NCBI GenBank assembly: GCA_964016885.1
Contig: OZ024742.1
Location: 245,148,001-245,212,000 of the forward strand
Direction of reading: 5' to 3'
Source of the DNA: Eledone cirrhosa
Lineage: Eukaryota
DNA length: 64,000 nucleotides
Under the pieces are notes generated by a model. That model searched no databases and had not been told where the DNA came from. It saw only the letters and a list, made by a program, of their open reading frames with translations. This document shows positions 45,824-59,252 of the stretch, in pieces. The first letter of the stretch is position 1. Every line of letters begins with the position of its first letter. A program made the position numbers and the translations under genes.

Positions 45824-48800
45824 GATCACCGGGAGAGATGACCCCTTAGCCTTTGTCAAGGCAGAATTCTAGGAGAAGGAAAACTCTGATATAACACCTG
45901 CAACCCTGATGGTATCCAATGATGTTGACTTGTTCTTCTTTTTGGTAAATATCATCTTGGTTAAGAGAGTGGGACTGGCTTTGTGCAGTGCCTTTGCTCA
46001 CTATAAAAGCTTCCCGGCACAGGTATTGCTTTATATCTGGAGATCTCTGCACTTGTCGTCTTGATGTGGAACTCTGGCTGGCCGTAGCCTAAAAAGGCAA
46101 ACTACATTACAATGAATGTACCTAACACAATTGAAGTAAATGGCAATAAGGGCTCTGGATCAGCATCATGTGAAAGAGTCTGGCCTGGCAGGTGTCCCAG
46201 GGCACCGCAGTCTGGGCCCGGTCGTCATCAGTCTACTGTGTGCAAACCACTCAATTTTGGGTGCTGGAATGTGCATGCTTTGCTTGATGTTGAAACAAAT
46301 GTACAGCGACCTGAAAGAAGATCAGCATTGGTTGCCAAGGAGCTCAGGCGTTATGATATGGATGTTGTGGCCCTCTCAGAAACTCAACTTCATGGTGAGG
46401 GCCATTTCACAGAGAAATCCGGTGGATATACGTTTTTCTGGAGGGGAAGGGAGGAGGGAAGCTGGTGTTTCTTTTGCCATAAAAACAGTTATAACAGACC
46501 ATCTTCAGGAGCTGCCGACAGGCGTTAGTGACAGACTGATCACTGTGAGAGTTCCTCTAGAGGGTGGAAGATATGCAACCGTGATTGGTGCTTATGCACC
46601 AACTATGGAATGCATTGATGAAGCAAAGCAGGCTTTTTATGACGAATTAAAGTTTTCATTCTTGGAGATTTTAATGCTCGCGTGGGCCGTGATTGTGAGA
46701 CCTGGAGAGCTCTGGGCAAGCATGGGGTCGGAAAGTGCAATGGCAATGGACTCTTGTTATTGCAAATGTACACTGAGCTGGACTTGTTCATTGGCAGCAC
46801 TATGTTCCAACAGAAGGACAAATACAAGACGACATGGATGCATCCTGGATCGAAACAGTGACACCTGATTGATTATGTCTTTGTGAGGCGGCGGGATGTA
46901 CAGGATCTGTGCAGTCTTCGTGTGATGCGTGGGGCAAAGTGTTGGACCGACCATCATCTGGTGAGAGCAAGAGCAAGATGTGTAGTTCGTAAAAGGGAGA
47001 AACGGCGAGGGGTATCACTTCCGAAACGGCTGAACGTTGCCCGTCTGAAGGATCCTGAAGTCAGAGAAAATCTGGTTAAAAAGATGGATGCGTTAGAGTG
47101 CGGAAATGACTGGACTACCGCATTGCTTGGTAGTGATTTAAGCACTGATCGGCAGAAGGCAATCGCTGATAAGCTGAAGCTCGTAAAAGCTGATGTGCAG
47201 CGAAAATTGCGTGAAATGAAGAATAAGTGGTGGAATTACAAAGCCGATGAAATACAACTTGCGTCGGATGTGAAGGACGTTAAGGCAATGTATAATCTTC
47301 TTCGTGAAGTGTATGGACCACCTACATCACCAGTTGCGCCTCTTAGGACAAAGGATGGCAATCAGCTCCTTAGAGATCCCAATGATATCCTGTTGAGATG
47401 GCGGGAACACTTTGACGAGGTTCTCAATAGGGATTCAGAGGTTGACGAAGAGTTTATCAGGTCCATACCTGATAAGCCGGTAAAGGAAATCCTTGCTGAG
47501 CCTCCAACGATCAAAGAGGTTAAAAGTGCTGTCAGGAAACTCAATGGTGGGAAGTAGCCTGGATTGGATGGGCTGTATGCTGATATCTTGAAGCATGGCG
47601 GAGAGAATCTCTTGCACCGACTTCATTCTTTGGTTCTGGATGCCTGGAACAACAATCATGTTCCCGATGACTGGAAGGATGCTGTGATGGTTGTTTTGTA
47701 CAAGGGAAAGGGAGACAGGGATAACTGCGGAAACTATCGTGGGATATCACTGTTGTCTGTTGTCGGCAAAGTTCTCTGTAGAATTCCGTTGGACCGTTTA
47801 TTGCTCCACATTGCTGATGAAGCTCTACTGGAGTCAGAATCGAGCTTTCGGGCTGGACGTGGCACTGTTGAGCAGAATGTGGATCTCTACCAGGTGTTTG
47901 TTGATCTGACAAAGACGTTTGACACGGTCAACAGAAAGGCTTTATGGGATATCTTGAGGAAGCTGGGGTGCCCTGAGAAGTTTGTTTCCATTTTGCGTTT
48001 GTTTCATGATGACATGAAGGCATGGGTAAATGTTGGTGGAAAGCTCTCTCAGCCAGTGACGGTCGAGAATGAAGTCAAACAGGGTGACATTCCAGCTCCA
48101 ACGCTCTTTGCTTTGTACTTCTCCATTGTCTTCGAACAGGCCTTCGGCAACTGCAGTCATGGTATATATGTTCGCTATCGATCAACTGGAAAGCTGTTTA
48201 ATATTAGGAGGTTCAATGCTAAGTCAAAGGTTCACGTGTCACTAATCAGGGATTTGCTTTATGCAGATGACTGTGACCTGGTAGCGCACACGGAGATTGA
48301 TATGCCGCATCTCATGGATGCATTTTCTAATGCGTGTACTGCATTGGGACTTACCATAAGCCTGAAAAAGACAGCAGCCATGTACCAACCAGCCCCATGG
48401 GAAGCCATGTTGTGAGCCCAACATCTTGGTTTATGGTGAAATGCTAAGGGTCGTTGGCAGTTTTGTATATCTTGGAAGCACTCTGAGTATGTCCTGCGAT
48501 CTTGATGGGTAAATATCAAACAGGATACAGAAAGCCAGTGATGCTTTTGGAAAACTGAACAAATATCTCTGATCTCAACACGGAATTTCGGTAAAGACAA
48601 AGCTCAAAGTGTATCATGCGTGTGTGCTCGCGACACTTCTTTATGCTTGTGAGACGTGGGTGGTCTACCGTAGACAGATGAAGCGACTTGAGAGGTTCCA
48701 CCAGTACTGCTTACGTCGGACCTCGGCGTAACTTGGCAAATGTTTGTCAGTGACGTCGAGGTTCTGGACAGAAGTGGCTGTGATAGTGTCGAGTCCTTGA

Positions 48801-49384
48801 TTTTGAAACATTAGCTGTGCTGGATAGGCCATCTTGTAAGGATGAATGACAAGCGAATGCCGAAGCAGCTGCTTTATGGCGAGCTCCAAATGGGAAAAGG
48901 GAACGCGAGCAAACCGAAGATGCGTTTTAAGGACTGCATCAAGGGGGCGCTCAAGAAAAGTAACATCCCTTGTGAGCACTGGGAAGCATGCACTAGCGAC
49001 CGATCGCATTGGAGGAAAGCAGTGGCTAGTGGCAAGAGTCTATTTGAGGAAACAAGAAGGCACGTGACACTAAAAAGAGATGTCCGGAAAGGAATCCATG
49101 TTGGCCTTCCAGAAGGCACTGACAGACGGCCTGACCTGACATGTGAGACCTGTAAGTCATCTGAGAGTGCACAAGAACAGGGAAGCAGGCACCTGTGGAG
49201 CTATAAGTGTTCATCAGACGACGACATGTAATGTTTGTGGAATGGTATGCAGGTCGAGTAGTGATCTCACATGACACCTTGGGTCACATGATGCCATGGG
49301 CCCAGCACTAGGTGTCAATAATTGTCACAAGTGTAGTGTTTGTACCAGCAGTGGCCGTGCTCGAAAACGAGTTGGCAGCCACCA
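45824..49384 (+). mobile_element. Near full-length RTE-BovB-like LINE, disrupted (APE endonuclease + RT)
   Basis: WNVxxLLD...PERRSALVAKEL, LSET, GAYAPT, GDFNARVG, WMHP, LIDYV, TDHHLV; RT motifs NYRGISLLS, FVDLTKTFD, VKQG and LYADD; several stops and frameshifts; (TATG)n tail after 49384. Confidence 0.92.
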
Positions 49385-49441
49385 TGTATGTATGTATGTA
49401 TGTATGTATGTATGTATGTATGTATGTATGTATGTATGTAT

Positions 49442-49773
49442 GCAACTCTGATGGTATCCAATGATGTTGACTTGTTCTTCTTTTTGGTAAATATCATCTT
49501 GGTTAAGAGAGTGGGACTGGCTTTGTGCAGTTCACTATAAAAGCTTCACGGCACAGGCATTGCTTTATATCTGGAGATCTCTCTGCACTTGTCGTCACAT
49601 GGTACCATGGGCCCAGCACTATGTGTCAATAATTGTCACAAGTGTAGTGTTTGTACCAGACTTTTCAAGTCGCTGGCTGGACTAAAAAGTCACATTCGTT
49701 CAGCGCATCGGTAGGGGTTCTCTTACATGGATATAAAGTAGTGGCCGTACTCGAAAACGAGTTGGTAGCCACC

Positions 49774-49774
<1 letters not shown>
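49442..49774 (+). mobile_element. Short non-autonomous derivative of the RTE LINE (5'-truncated)
   Basis: Matches the LINE 5' UTR (45900-46060) joined to the LINE-type 3' end tggccgtactcgaaaacgagttggtagccacca. Confidence 0.75.
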
Positions 49775-49851
<77 letters not shown>

Positions 49852-49859
49852 GTATATAT

Positions 49860-51640
49860 CATCATCATCATCATCATCGTTTAGCATCTATCTTCCACTC
49901 TAGCATGGGTTTAGACGGGAATTGTCCTACTTGAGGCAAGATTGGTCGGGAGAACGTGTCTCGCTCGTATAGGACTATCTGGCTGGTTTTCTATGGCTGG
50001 ATGCCCTTCCTAACACCAACCACGTTTACAGTGTGAAACTGGGAACTTTTTACCGTGTTACCTACACGGCCACATTACAGCGTGGACTGTGTGTTTTTTT
50101 GTCATGACACCTACACAACCTCATTTATTTTGGACTGGATGTTGTGGTACCAACATTACTTTATAGAGAAAGGGTGGTGTTGGTGGGATTGGAGTGGAGG
50201 GTGGTGTAAGGGTAGTGAAATGGGGTGTATATTTGGTTAAGAGGTGCCTACTGACTGTAGGTTTCGCTTTGTACATAGGCAAGGGTCTTCTGTATTACTG
50301 AGTAGTGCCAAAGATCTCGGTCTAGTGACATTGTCTTAGAGAGGTGTAAGTGTGTATGTTTGGAATTTATCAAATCATCCCAGGTTTTTCTGGGTCTACC
50401 TACTCTGTAACTTCCATCAATTTTGATCGGCCTGCACTTTTTTATACAGCTGTCGTCTTTCATGCGCATCATGTGACCATACCAATGTAGTCTTCTCTTG
50501 AGTAAACAGCATCTGATCCCTCTTATTCCTAATTTCTCACTTAGTTCATTTATGATTTGCCATTCGCGTATATTACTATTACACATCCAACGGAGTATGC
50601 ATGCTTCATTCCTTTCCAGTCTACGCAGGCCCTCTGAACACAATGCCCATGTCTCACTGCCATGTAGCATTGCTGATCATATACAAGCATCATACAATCT
50701 GCCTTTCATTTTTAGAGAGAAACCTTTTGTGGCCAATAGTGGTATAAGCTCTCTGAACTTTTTCCATTCCGTTCTGACTCTGGCTACTGTACTTTCAGAG
50801 CACCCTCCACCACTGTTGATTTTGTCACCCAGGTAATGGAACGTGTCCACTATTTCTATAGAAGGAGCTAGTATCCTATGAGCACTTGCTACTTATTGCA
50901 CCTGAGCATCGGCCACATATAAAATCTACGTTCTTAGATACCTTACCTGTGATCCAACTAGATCTTTTATGTACCCATAGTTTGCATTTGGAACATAAAA
51001 TGGAATTTCTGCCTACTCCTTTCCTACACACTGAGCATGGCCATTTCCCAGAGGGCTCCTGTACCCTATTTTCTTTTCTACATACTAGACAAGTTAACTT
51101 TAAGGCCTTCTGATTCTAGGCCATGCTTCCATGTTTGGAACTTTTTCTCTAGTTCAGCCATCGATTCAGCTATGATAGTTAGATCATCTGCGTATAGAAG
51201 TTCCCATGGGCAGCCGGTCTTGAACTCCTCTGTTATAGCCTGAAGGGCAATAATAGATAGGAGGGGGCTAAGGACAGAGCCTTGATGATCATCAACTTTT
51301 ACGCCAAATTCTTCACTATATTCATTGTTAATTCTAACCTTGCTGACTGTTTCTTTATACATGGCTTGTATAGCTCTCACAAGCCATTCATCAACACCTA
51401 GTTTTCTAAGAACCCACCAGATAATGGGGAGGGGGACTCTATCGAAGGGTTTCTCCAAGTCAACAAAAGATAAGTAGAGGGGTTTACTTTTAGCTAGGTA
51501 CTTCTCCTTGAGTTGTCGTACAATGAAAAGTGCGTCTATAGTACTTTTACCTGGCACAAACCTAAACTGCATTTCATCTAGATCAATTCGCTCTCTGATT
51601 AGTTGCGCTATAACTCTTTCTGTGACCTTCATGACCTGGT
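49860..51640 (-). mobile_element. 5'-truncated RTE-X-like LINE (RT domain to 3' tail)
   Basis: Minus ORFs: QFRFVPGKSTIDA...FVDLEKPFDRVP...QGSVLSPLL...ELLYADDL and LHGSETWAL...GRPRKTW; (GAT)n tail. Confidence 0.9.
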
Positions 51641-51662
51641 CAACTATGTATATATATATGTA

Positions 51663-51719
<57 letters not shown>

Positions 51720-52337
51720 TCGTGTATGAGATCAAGATCGTGTAGGTTTCACAACAAAAAACACACACAGTCCACGCTGTAATGTGGTCGTGTAGGTAAC
51801 ACGGTAAAAAGTTCCCAGTTCCACTCTGCAAATGTGGTTGGTGTTAGGAAGGGCATCCAGCCGTAGAAAACCTGCCAGATATGAGCGAGACACGGTCACC
51901 CGACCAACCTCGCCTCAAGTAGGACAACTCCCGTCTAACCCATGCTAGCATGGAAGATAGACGTTAAACGAAGATGATGATGATGATGATGATGATGTAT
52001 ATACATATATATATATATATTATATATATATAATACATTTATTAATTATATCTAATGTTTCTTCTCTCTTCATAATGTATTATATAGCTCTGATACTGAA
52101 TCAATCTAATCCATTCGGATTATTTTGTCCCAGTTATTCATAGAGCAACATCGGTTGAGGTTGGCACCGCATCGGTTGAGGTTGGCACCACTAATTCAAA
52201 GATATATGTGGATATATTCATGTATATGTATGTGTCCGCATGTATCTGTGTGTTTCTATATATTGTATAAATATTTATATATATTATATATATTATGTAT
52301 ATATATATGTATATATATATGTATATATATATATATG

Positions 52338-52396
<59 letters not shown>

Positions 52397-52652
52397 GTAT
52401 ATGTATATATATGTATATATATATATATATATATATGTAATAACTAGAAATTGATTAACATATATATATAAACATGAATAATCACAGGAGATTTTTAGTT
52501 ATTATAAAATGCTCGGACCTACTCGATAGAATCTTTGAGCTTATTTTTCCAGGTGATATGGCGCATGCCGTTCTGGCATGACACCCATAATTTTGATTTA
52601 GATTAAATTCATTTAATTTATCTTAATTTTGGATATAGATATATATATATGT

Positions 52653-52690
<38 letters not shown>

Positions 52691-53060
52691 ACATATATAT
52701 ATATATATACATATGTACATATATATGTATATATATTTATATGTATGTATGTAGGTATATATATATATATGTATTTATATATATGTGTATATATATATGT
52801 CTATATATATATATGTGTGTATATATGTATATATATGCATATGTATATATAGTTTTATATATATATATATATAACGAAGGAAATGTGGTAAGGAACCAGA
52901 TGGACCATAACGCACCAAAGTACTCAATACTTAGGGTAGTAGAGTGGGTAATAGGAACGAATGGGACCCCGAGGCTTAGCTCAAGCCGTTTCGACGGCTA
53001 ATTCTGGAGTCCAGAATTAGCCGTCGAAACGGCTTGAGCTCAGCCGTCGGGGTCCTACTC

Positions 53061-53140
<80 letters not shown>

Positions 53141-53253
53141 GTATATATATATGCACATATATATAATAATATGTATATGTATATATATATGTATGTATAT
53201 ATATTTATATATATATGTGTATATATATGTATATATATATATATATATATATA

Positions 53254-54143
53254 CAGGGTGCGGACGATATTTGTTAGCAATTTTCAACTTCTAATTTTAT
53301 GCAAATTTTTTTAACTTCTGTTGTCACTCTTGTCTTCATAAAAACAGTGACTATATTTCCATTATTTATTCTCAAAATAATTGATTATAAATAATTTTGA
53401 ACCTCCAAATTTGTGGAAGAGACACGGAGTTCTTGTAATCCGCGCCGGGAGGACAAATAAGACCAGAAGATCAACTCCCAGAACAACAGGTGGCTCGCTG
53501 TCTCATCCAAAGACGTGCCCAGAGTCATGCAGACAAAGTTTCCAGTGACAACATTGGTCTTAGGTGTCGTCAGCAGTCAAGGTGACGTCACGCCACCTCA
53601 CTTCTTCCCTGAGGGTCTGAAGCTGAACACCGATGGCTACATCCGCGTTCTGAGTGAGGTAGTAAAGCCCTGGATCGACCAGGTAGCTGCAGGTAGGCCG
53701 TATGTGTGGCAGCAAGACTCAGCGCACTGCCATACCAGCCGAAAGATCCAAGCCTGGCTGTCAGAGAACTTTGTCGATCACACTTCACCTGACATCTGGC
53801 CTCCCAGCTCGCCTGACTGCAACTCCCTCGACTTCTTTGTGTGGGGCGCAGTGGAACGAGACAGCAACAGATCTAGCTGCAATACGAAAGACGATCTGAA
53901 GGCCAGGCTCACAAGTGCCTTTAGGGGCCTATGTCGGGGGACAGTGACGAAGGCATGTAACCGGTTCTGAGGCCGCCTTGAGGCCGTCATCAAAGCCAAT
54001 TGCGGGTTTATCGAGTGAGATCGAAAGAACACGTCATGAACACAAACTGACCCAAGTTTGATAAATAAATCTTAAAAAATAAAACTACTTTGTTATTTTT
54101 TTCCTAGACAGTAATCTTGCGAACAAATATCGTCCGCACCCTG
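53254..54143 (+). mobile_element. Internally deleted DD37D (maT) Tc1/mariner transposon
   Basis: TA|CAGGGTGCGGACGATATTTGTT ... AACAAATATCGTCCGCACCCTG|TA; WQQDSAHCH...WPPSSPDCNSLD with 37 residues between the last two Asp (counted by hand). Confidence 0.88.
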
Positions 54144-54411
54144 TATATGTATATATAGATATATATATTTATGTATCATCATCATCATCTTCGTTTAACG
54201 TCCATTTTCCACGCTAGCATGGGTTAGACGGGAGTTGTCCCACTTGAGGCAAGGTTGGTCGGGTGACCATGTCTCGCTCATATAGGACTATCTGGCAGGT
54301 TTTCTACGGCTGGGTGCCCTTCCTAACACCAACCACATTTACAGTGTGGAACTGGGAACTTTTTACCGTGTTACCTACACGGCCACATTACAGCGTGGAC
54401 TGTGTGTTTTT

Positions 54412-54498
<87 letters not shown>

Positions 54499-54669
54499 GT
54501 ATATATATATATATATATATTGTTATACTTTGGGAGGGTCATGTTGCCAATAAGAAACACACGCACCAGTTGCTTTCACTTCAATTTATTATAATAAATT
54601 TATAATAAATTTATAAATTTATAAATTTCTGGTTGGTTGGTTCCACAACCAGATAGTTGTTTATATATT

Positions 54670-54712
54670 GTCATAGTTCTTTCGTCACACACTCTGTGAC
54701 CTCTTCAGTGAC
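54670..54712 (-). ncRNA. Minimal type I hammerhead ribozyme (family A)
   Basis: GUCA-CUGAAGA-gGUCAC(agagugu)GUGAC-GAAA-GaaCUA^-UGAC. Confidence 0.65.
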
Positions 54713-55002
54713 TGGCGATTCCTTTCTTTGTTTCTGTGCCTCTCCTTTGTTCTGTCCTACGCCATTTGAAAATGGCGTAGGACAGAACAAAGGAGAGGCA
54801 CAATATATAAACAACTATCTGGTTGTGGAACCAACCAACCAACCAGAAATTTATAAATTTATTATAAATTTATTATAATAAATTGAAGTGAAATCAACTG
54901 ATGCGTGTGTTTCTTATTGGCAACATGACCCTCCCAAAGTATAACAATATCGGTTTCAACACACGATTTCAGATAAAGAATCTTGCTAAACAAATTCAGA
55001 AA

Positions 55003-55074
<72 letters not shown>

Positions 55075-55500
55075 ATACTTTGGGAGGGTCATGTTGCCAA
55101 TAAGAAACACACTGTACTCTACCAACATGCTAAAATAGAACACAAGGGTAAATTAGAGAACATAGAAATAAAAATAGAATCTACACACAGAAAAGACGCA
55201 ATGTTTAGACAAATCACAGAGGCAATAAACATAAAAGAATTACAACCAAAATTAAATAGAAAATATGAGTGGAACAGCAACATCACAACTTACAATTAAG
55301 GACAAAATTAAAACACACACACACATAGAACAAACAACCAACCAGTAACATGTAAATAAACAAATAAATAAATGAACATAAACACACACAGACACCCGGA
55401 TGTGGCGCATGCGCAGACTAAGCACACAACACACACACAGAAACAAAATGGCGTAGGACAGAACAAAGGAGAGGCACAAAAACAAAGAAAAGAATCCCCA

Positions 55501-55543
55501 GTCACTGAAGAGGTCACAGAATGTGTGACGAAAGAACTTTGAC
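55501..55543 (+). ncRNA. Minimal type I hammerhead ribozyme (family A)
   Basis: GUCA-CUGAAGA-gGUCAC(agaaugu)GUGAC-GAAA-GaaCUU^-UGAC, inside a PLE pLTR. Confidence 0.65.
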
Positions 55544-55758
55544 AATATATAAACAACTATCTGGTTGTGGAACCAACCAACCAACCAGAAATTTATAGAT
55601 TTATTCCTAAATTTATAAATTTATTATAATAAATTGAAGTGAAAGCAACTGGTGCGTGTGTTTCTTATTGGCAACATGACCCTCCCAAAGTATAACAATA
55701 TCGGTTTCAACACACGATTTCAGATAAAGAATCTTGCTAAACAAATTCAGAAACGAAA

Positions 55759-55924
<166 letters not shown>

Positions 55925-56029
55925 TATATGGATATGTATGTATATATATATGTATATGTATATATATATATGTATATATATGTATATGTATGTATATTTA
56001 TATATATATATATATACTCTTTACTCTTT

Positions 56030-56650
56030 TACCTGTTCCAGCCATCCGGCTGAGGCCATGCTGAGGCACCGCCATTGTTACTACACATTTTATCTCCAGC
56101 CTGTATTGGTTGGCCACTGGTGTAAGAGGGAGTTCGTTGCTGCTGCCCTTAAGTTTCCTTCGTGCCTTGCTGTGGGCTCATCCGGGATTCTGGATAGCAA
56201 TGCGTCAAGATGTTTCTTGAACACATCCACCTCCACACCATGCAGATCTCTCAGATCCCTTAGCAGCTTGTTGAAGAGTTGAGGACCCTTGAATCCCAGG
56301 CTATTGCAATATCTGCTCCTTATTCTAGATGTGGAAGACGGGACCGTTGGCACCACACAGTGACATCCTGTTCGACGGTTGGTCCAGCTCCCAATGCCAA
56401 AGTTAGGTGCTAGTCCCTCCAGGATTTTCCACGTGTAGATCACTGCGTATCTCTCCCGTCTTCGTTCCAAGGAGTAGAGGTTCAGTTCTTTTAGCCTCTC
56501 CTAGTAGCTTGTCTCCTTCATTGTGGCAATCCTCTTGGTGTAGCTTTGCTGCATTGCCTCAAGCTCCGTGGTTACTTTGACACTATGGGGTGACCACAAC
56601 TGGGAGCAATAGTCAAGCGGCTTAGGACAAATGTCCTCCATAGTGTCAGC
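56030..56650 (-). mobile_element. CR1-group LINE 3' fragment
   Basis: Minus-strand YCSQLWSP...LEAMQ...LNLYSLERRRERYAVIYTWKILEGL...FKKHLDALL; short agagta tail. Confidence 0.7.
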
Positions 56651-56693
56651 ATGCATTGGAAAGGACGTAAATTATGTGTACAAACATTGAAAA

Positions 56694-56747
56694 ATTCTCT
56701 GAAGATACCAAGCCTAGGTTTGGATGAAACAATTGTAAGTGAATAAA
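56694..56747 (+). ncRNA. Type I hammerhead-like motif (family B)
   Basis: auucu-CUGAAGA-uaCCAAGCcuagGUUUGGau-GAAAC-aauu-GUA^-agugaau; palindromic stem III, bulged stem I. Confidence 0.55.
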
Positions 56748-56826
56748 TGCTTTGAACATAGCTTTGATTCTTGTGAATTCTATATATATGTATATATTAA
56801 TATATATATATTAAAATATATATATT

Positions 56827-56867
<41 letters not shown>

Positions 56868-56877
56868 ATGTATATAG

Positions 56878-57325
56878 GCAAAGGACCTCTTAAGAGTCAA
56901 TGGCCATCCAAAATCACCGGGAGAGATGACCCCTTAGCCTTTGTCAAGGCAGAATTTTAGGAGAAGGAACACTCTGATATAACACCTGCAACCCTGATGG
57001 TATCCAATGATGTTGACTTGTTCTTCTTTTTGGTAAATATCATCTTGGTTAAGAGAGTGGGCATGGCTTTGTGCAGTGCCTTTGCTCACTATAAAAGCTT
57101 CACGGCACAGGCATTGCTTTATATCTGGAGATCTCTCTGCACTTGTCATCACATGGTACCATGGGCCCAGCACTATGTGTCAATAATTTTCACAGGTGTA
57201 GTGTTTGTACCAGGGTTTTCAGGTCGCTGGCTGGACTAAAAAGTCACACTTGTTCAGCGCATCAGTACGAGTTCTCCTACATTGATATAAAGTAGTGGCC
57301 GTACTGGAAAACGAGTTGGCAGCCA
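56878..57325 (+). mobile_element. Apparently complete bipartite RTE-derived short element (LINE 5' UTR + 3' end)
   Basis: Shares 45824-46060 and 49295-49384 with the LINE; embedded in (TA)n. Confidence 0.75.
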
Positions 57326-57332
57326 CTATATA

Positions 57333-57363
<31 letters not shown>

Positions 57364-57567
57364 ATATGTAGATAAATCTACCAAGAGTTTACGGTAGTGT
57401 CCAATCCGTATGAAGAACTCAATGTAATCCGGATATCATGGAAAGAAGAGATGCATTCAAAAATCACTTTCGGTGAAAGATAAACGGAATACAGAGTCAA
57501 GATAAAGTATTAAAAAAATAATGAATAAAACAATGAAACAGTTCCTTATATTAAACAAAAAAAGTTC

Positions 57568-57714
57568 ATTATTTAACGATCGTTTCTAGGACATATATGT
57601 GTTAGAATTGGTATGCATATTCAACAGATCTATGTACAAAATTATACAAAATTATACAAATTATCAAATATAATATACATACCAACACATACATATGCCG
57701 TCTTCAGAAATAAT
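57568..57714 (-). ncRNA. Mirror copy of the family C hammerhead
   Basis: Reverse complement of 57728-57874. Confidence 0.7.
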
Positions 57715-57727
57715 TATTTCTGAAAAG

Positions 57728-57874
57728 ATTATTTCTGAAGACGGCATATGTATGTGTTGGTATGTATATTATATTTGATAATTTGTATAATTTTGTATAA
57801 TTTTGTACATAGATCTGTTGAATATGCATACCAATTCTAACACATATATGTCCTAGAAACGATCGTTAAATAAT
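57728..57874 (+). ncRNA. Type I hammerhead with very long stem II (family C)
   Basis: AUUAUUU-CUGAAGA-cGGCAUAUGUAUGUGUU...AACACAUAUAUGUCcua-GAAAC-gauc-GUU^-AAAUAAU. Confidence 0.7.
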
Positions 57875-57974
57875 GAACTTTTTTTTGTTTAATATAAGGA
57901 ACTGTTTCATTGTTTTATTCATTATTTTTTTAATACTTTATATTTATATATATGTATATATATATATATATTGT

Positions 57975-58840
57975 TTCTGAAAACGTGTGTTGAAACGTGT
58001 GTTGAAACTCAATATTAAGATAGTAGAAAGACCAGGTACGTCCATAAAAACACTTATTAGTAATACATACCCTTTTCAAAGACCTCCCTGTATAGATAAG
58101 AAATGTATAATCTGTAAAATAAGCCCCCAAATTAACTGTAAAACTAGAAATGTAGTATATAGCATAAGATGTACTGAAGGACAATGTAGAGATAAGAATA
58201 TAGTGTACATAGGTGAGACAGCTCGTAGTATAGGGGAACGGATAAATGAACACTGTCGAGAGCTTCAAGATAGAAAAGAATCATCTGTACTCTACCAACA
58301 TGCTAAAATAGAACATAAGGGTAAATTAGAGAACATAGAAATAAAAATAGAATCTACACACAGAAAAGACGCAATGTTTAGACAAATCACAGAGGCAATA
58401 AACACAAATGAACTCCAACCAAAATTAAATAGAAAACATGAATGGAATAGCAACATCACAACTTACAATTAAGGACAAAATGAAAACACACACATAGAAC
58501 AAACAACCAACCAGTAACATGTAAATAAATAAATAAACAAATATAAACACACACAAACACCCGGATGTAACACATGCGCAAACTAAGCACACAACACACA
58601 CAAAAACAAGATGGGGTATGACAGAACAAAGGAGAGGCACAAAAACAAAGTCACTGAAGAGGTCACAGAATGTGTGACGAAAGAACTTTGACAATATATG
58701 AACAACCGTCCGGTTGTGGAACCAACCAACCAACCGGAAATTTATAAATTCTTAAATTTATAATTTTAATTTATAATAAATTGGAGTGAAAGCAACTGGT
58801 GCGTGTGTTTCTTATTGGCAACATGACCCTCCCAAAGCAT

Positions 58841-58845
<5 letters not shown>
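57975..58845 (+). mobile_element. Penelope-like element 3' fragment: GIY-YIG endonuclease + pLTR with hammerhead
   Basis: CxxxxCxxC...NVVYSIRC...YIGETARSIGERINEH...H...EAI...N, which is the PLE Uri/GIY-YIG pattern. Confidence 0.9.
58650..58692 (+). ncRNA. Minimal type I hammerhead ribozyme (family A)
   Basis: Same as the 55501 copy, about 180 bp after the GIY-YIG stop codon. Confidence 0.65.
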
Positions 58846-58904
<59 letters not shown>

Positions 58905-59252
58905 ATATATATATATATATATGAGGGTGTTAAAGTTTGCTTGAAGCATTGTGAAATGTGTAAAATACGTAGTTTAGAAAGCCACAACAATGCAGAGGGA
59001 AATCTCGAGGTAGGAAGTGAATGATAGATAAGAGAAATAGGATAAAGTGAAAATTGAGAGAGACAAAGATGAAAACAAAACAAAGGTAGAAGGGTTACCG
59101 TAGTGGAGATTCTCCACTACGGTAACCCTTCTACCTTTGTTTTGTTTTCATCTTTGTCTCTCTCAATTTTCACTTTATCCTATTTCTCTTATCTATCATT
59201 CACTTCCTACCTCGAGATTTCCGTCTGCATTGTTGTGGCTTTCTAAACTACG

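Larger units (their letters stand above)
54517..55757. mobile_element. Penelope-like element ends (pseudo-LTRs) in inverted and tandem arrangement, with GIY-YIG C-terminus and hammerheads
   Basis: Minus copy 54517-54770, plus copies 54771-55003 and 55113-55757; the ORF end LYQHAKIEH...FRQITEAINI...LNRKYEW is nearly identical to 58290-58472. Confidence 0.85.
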
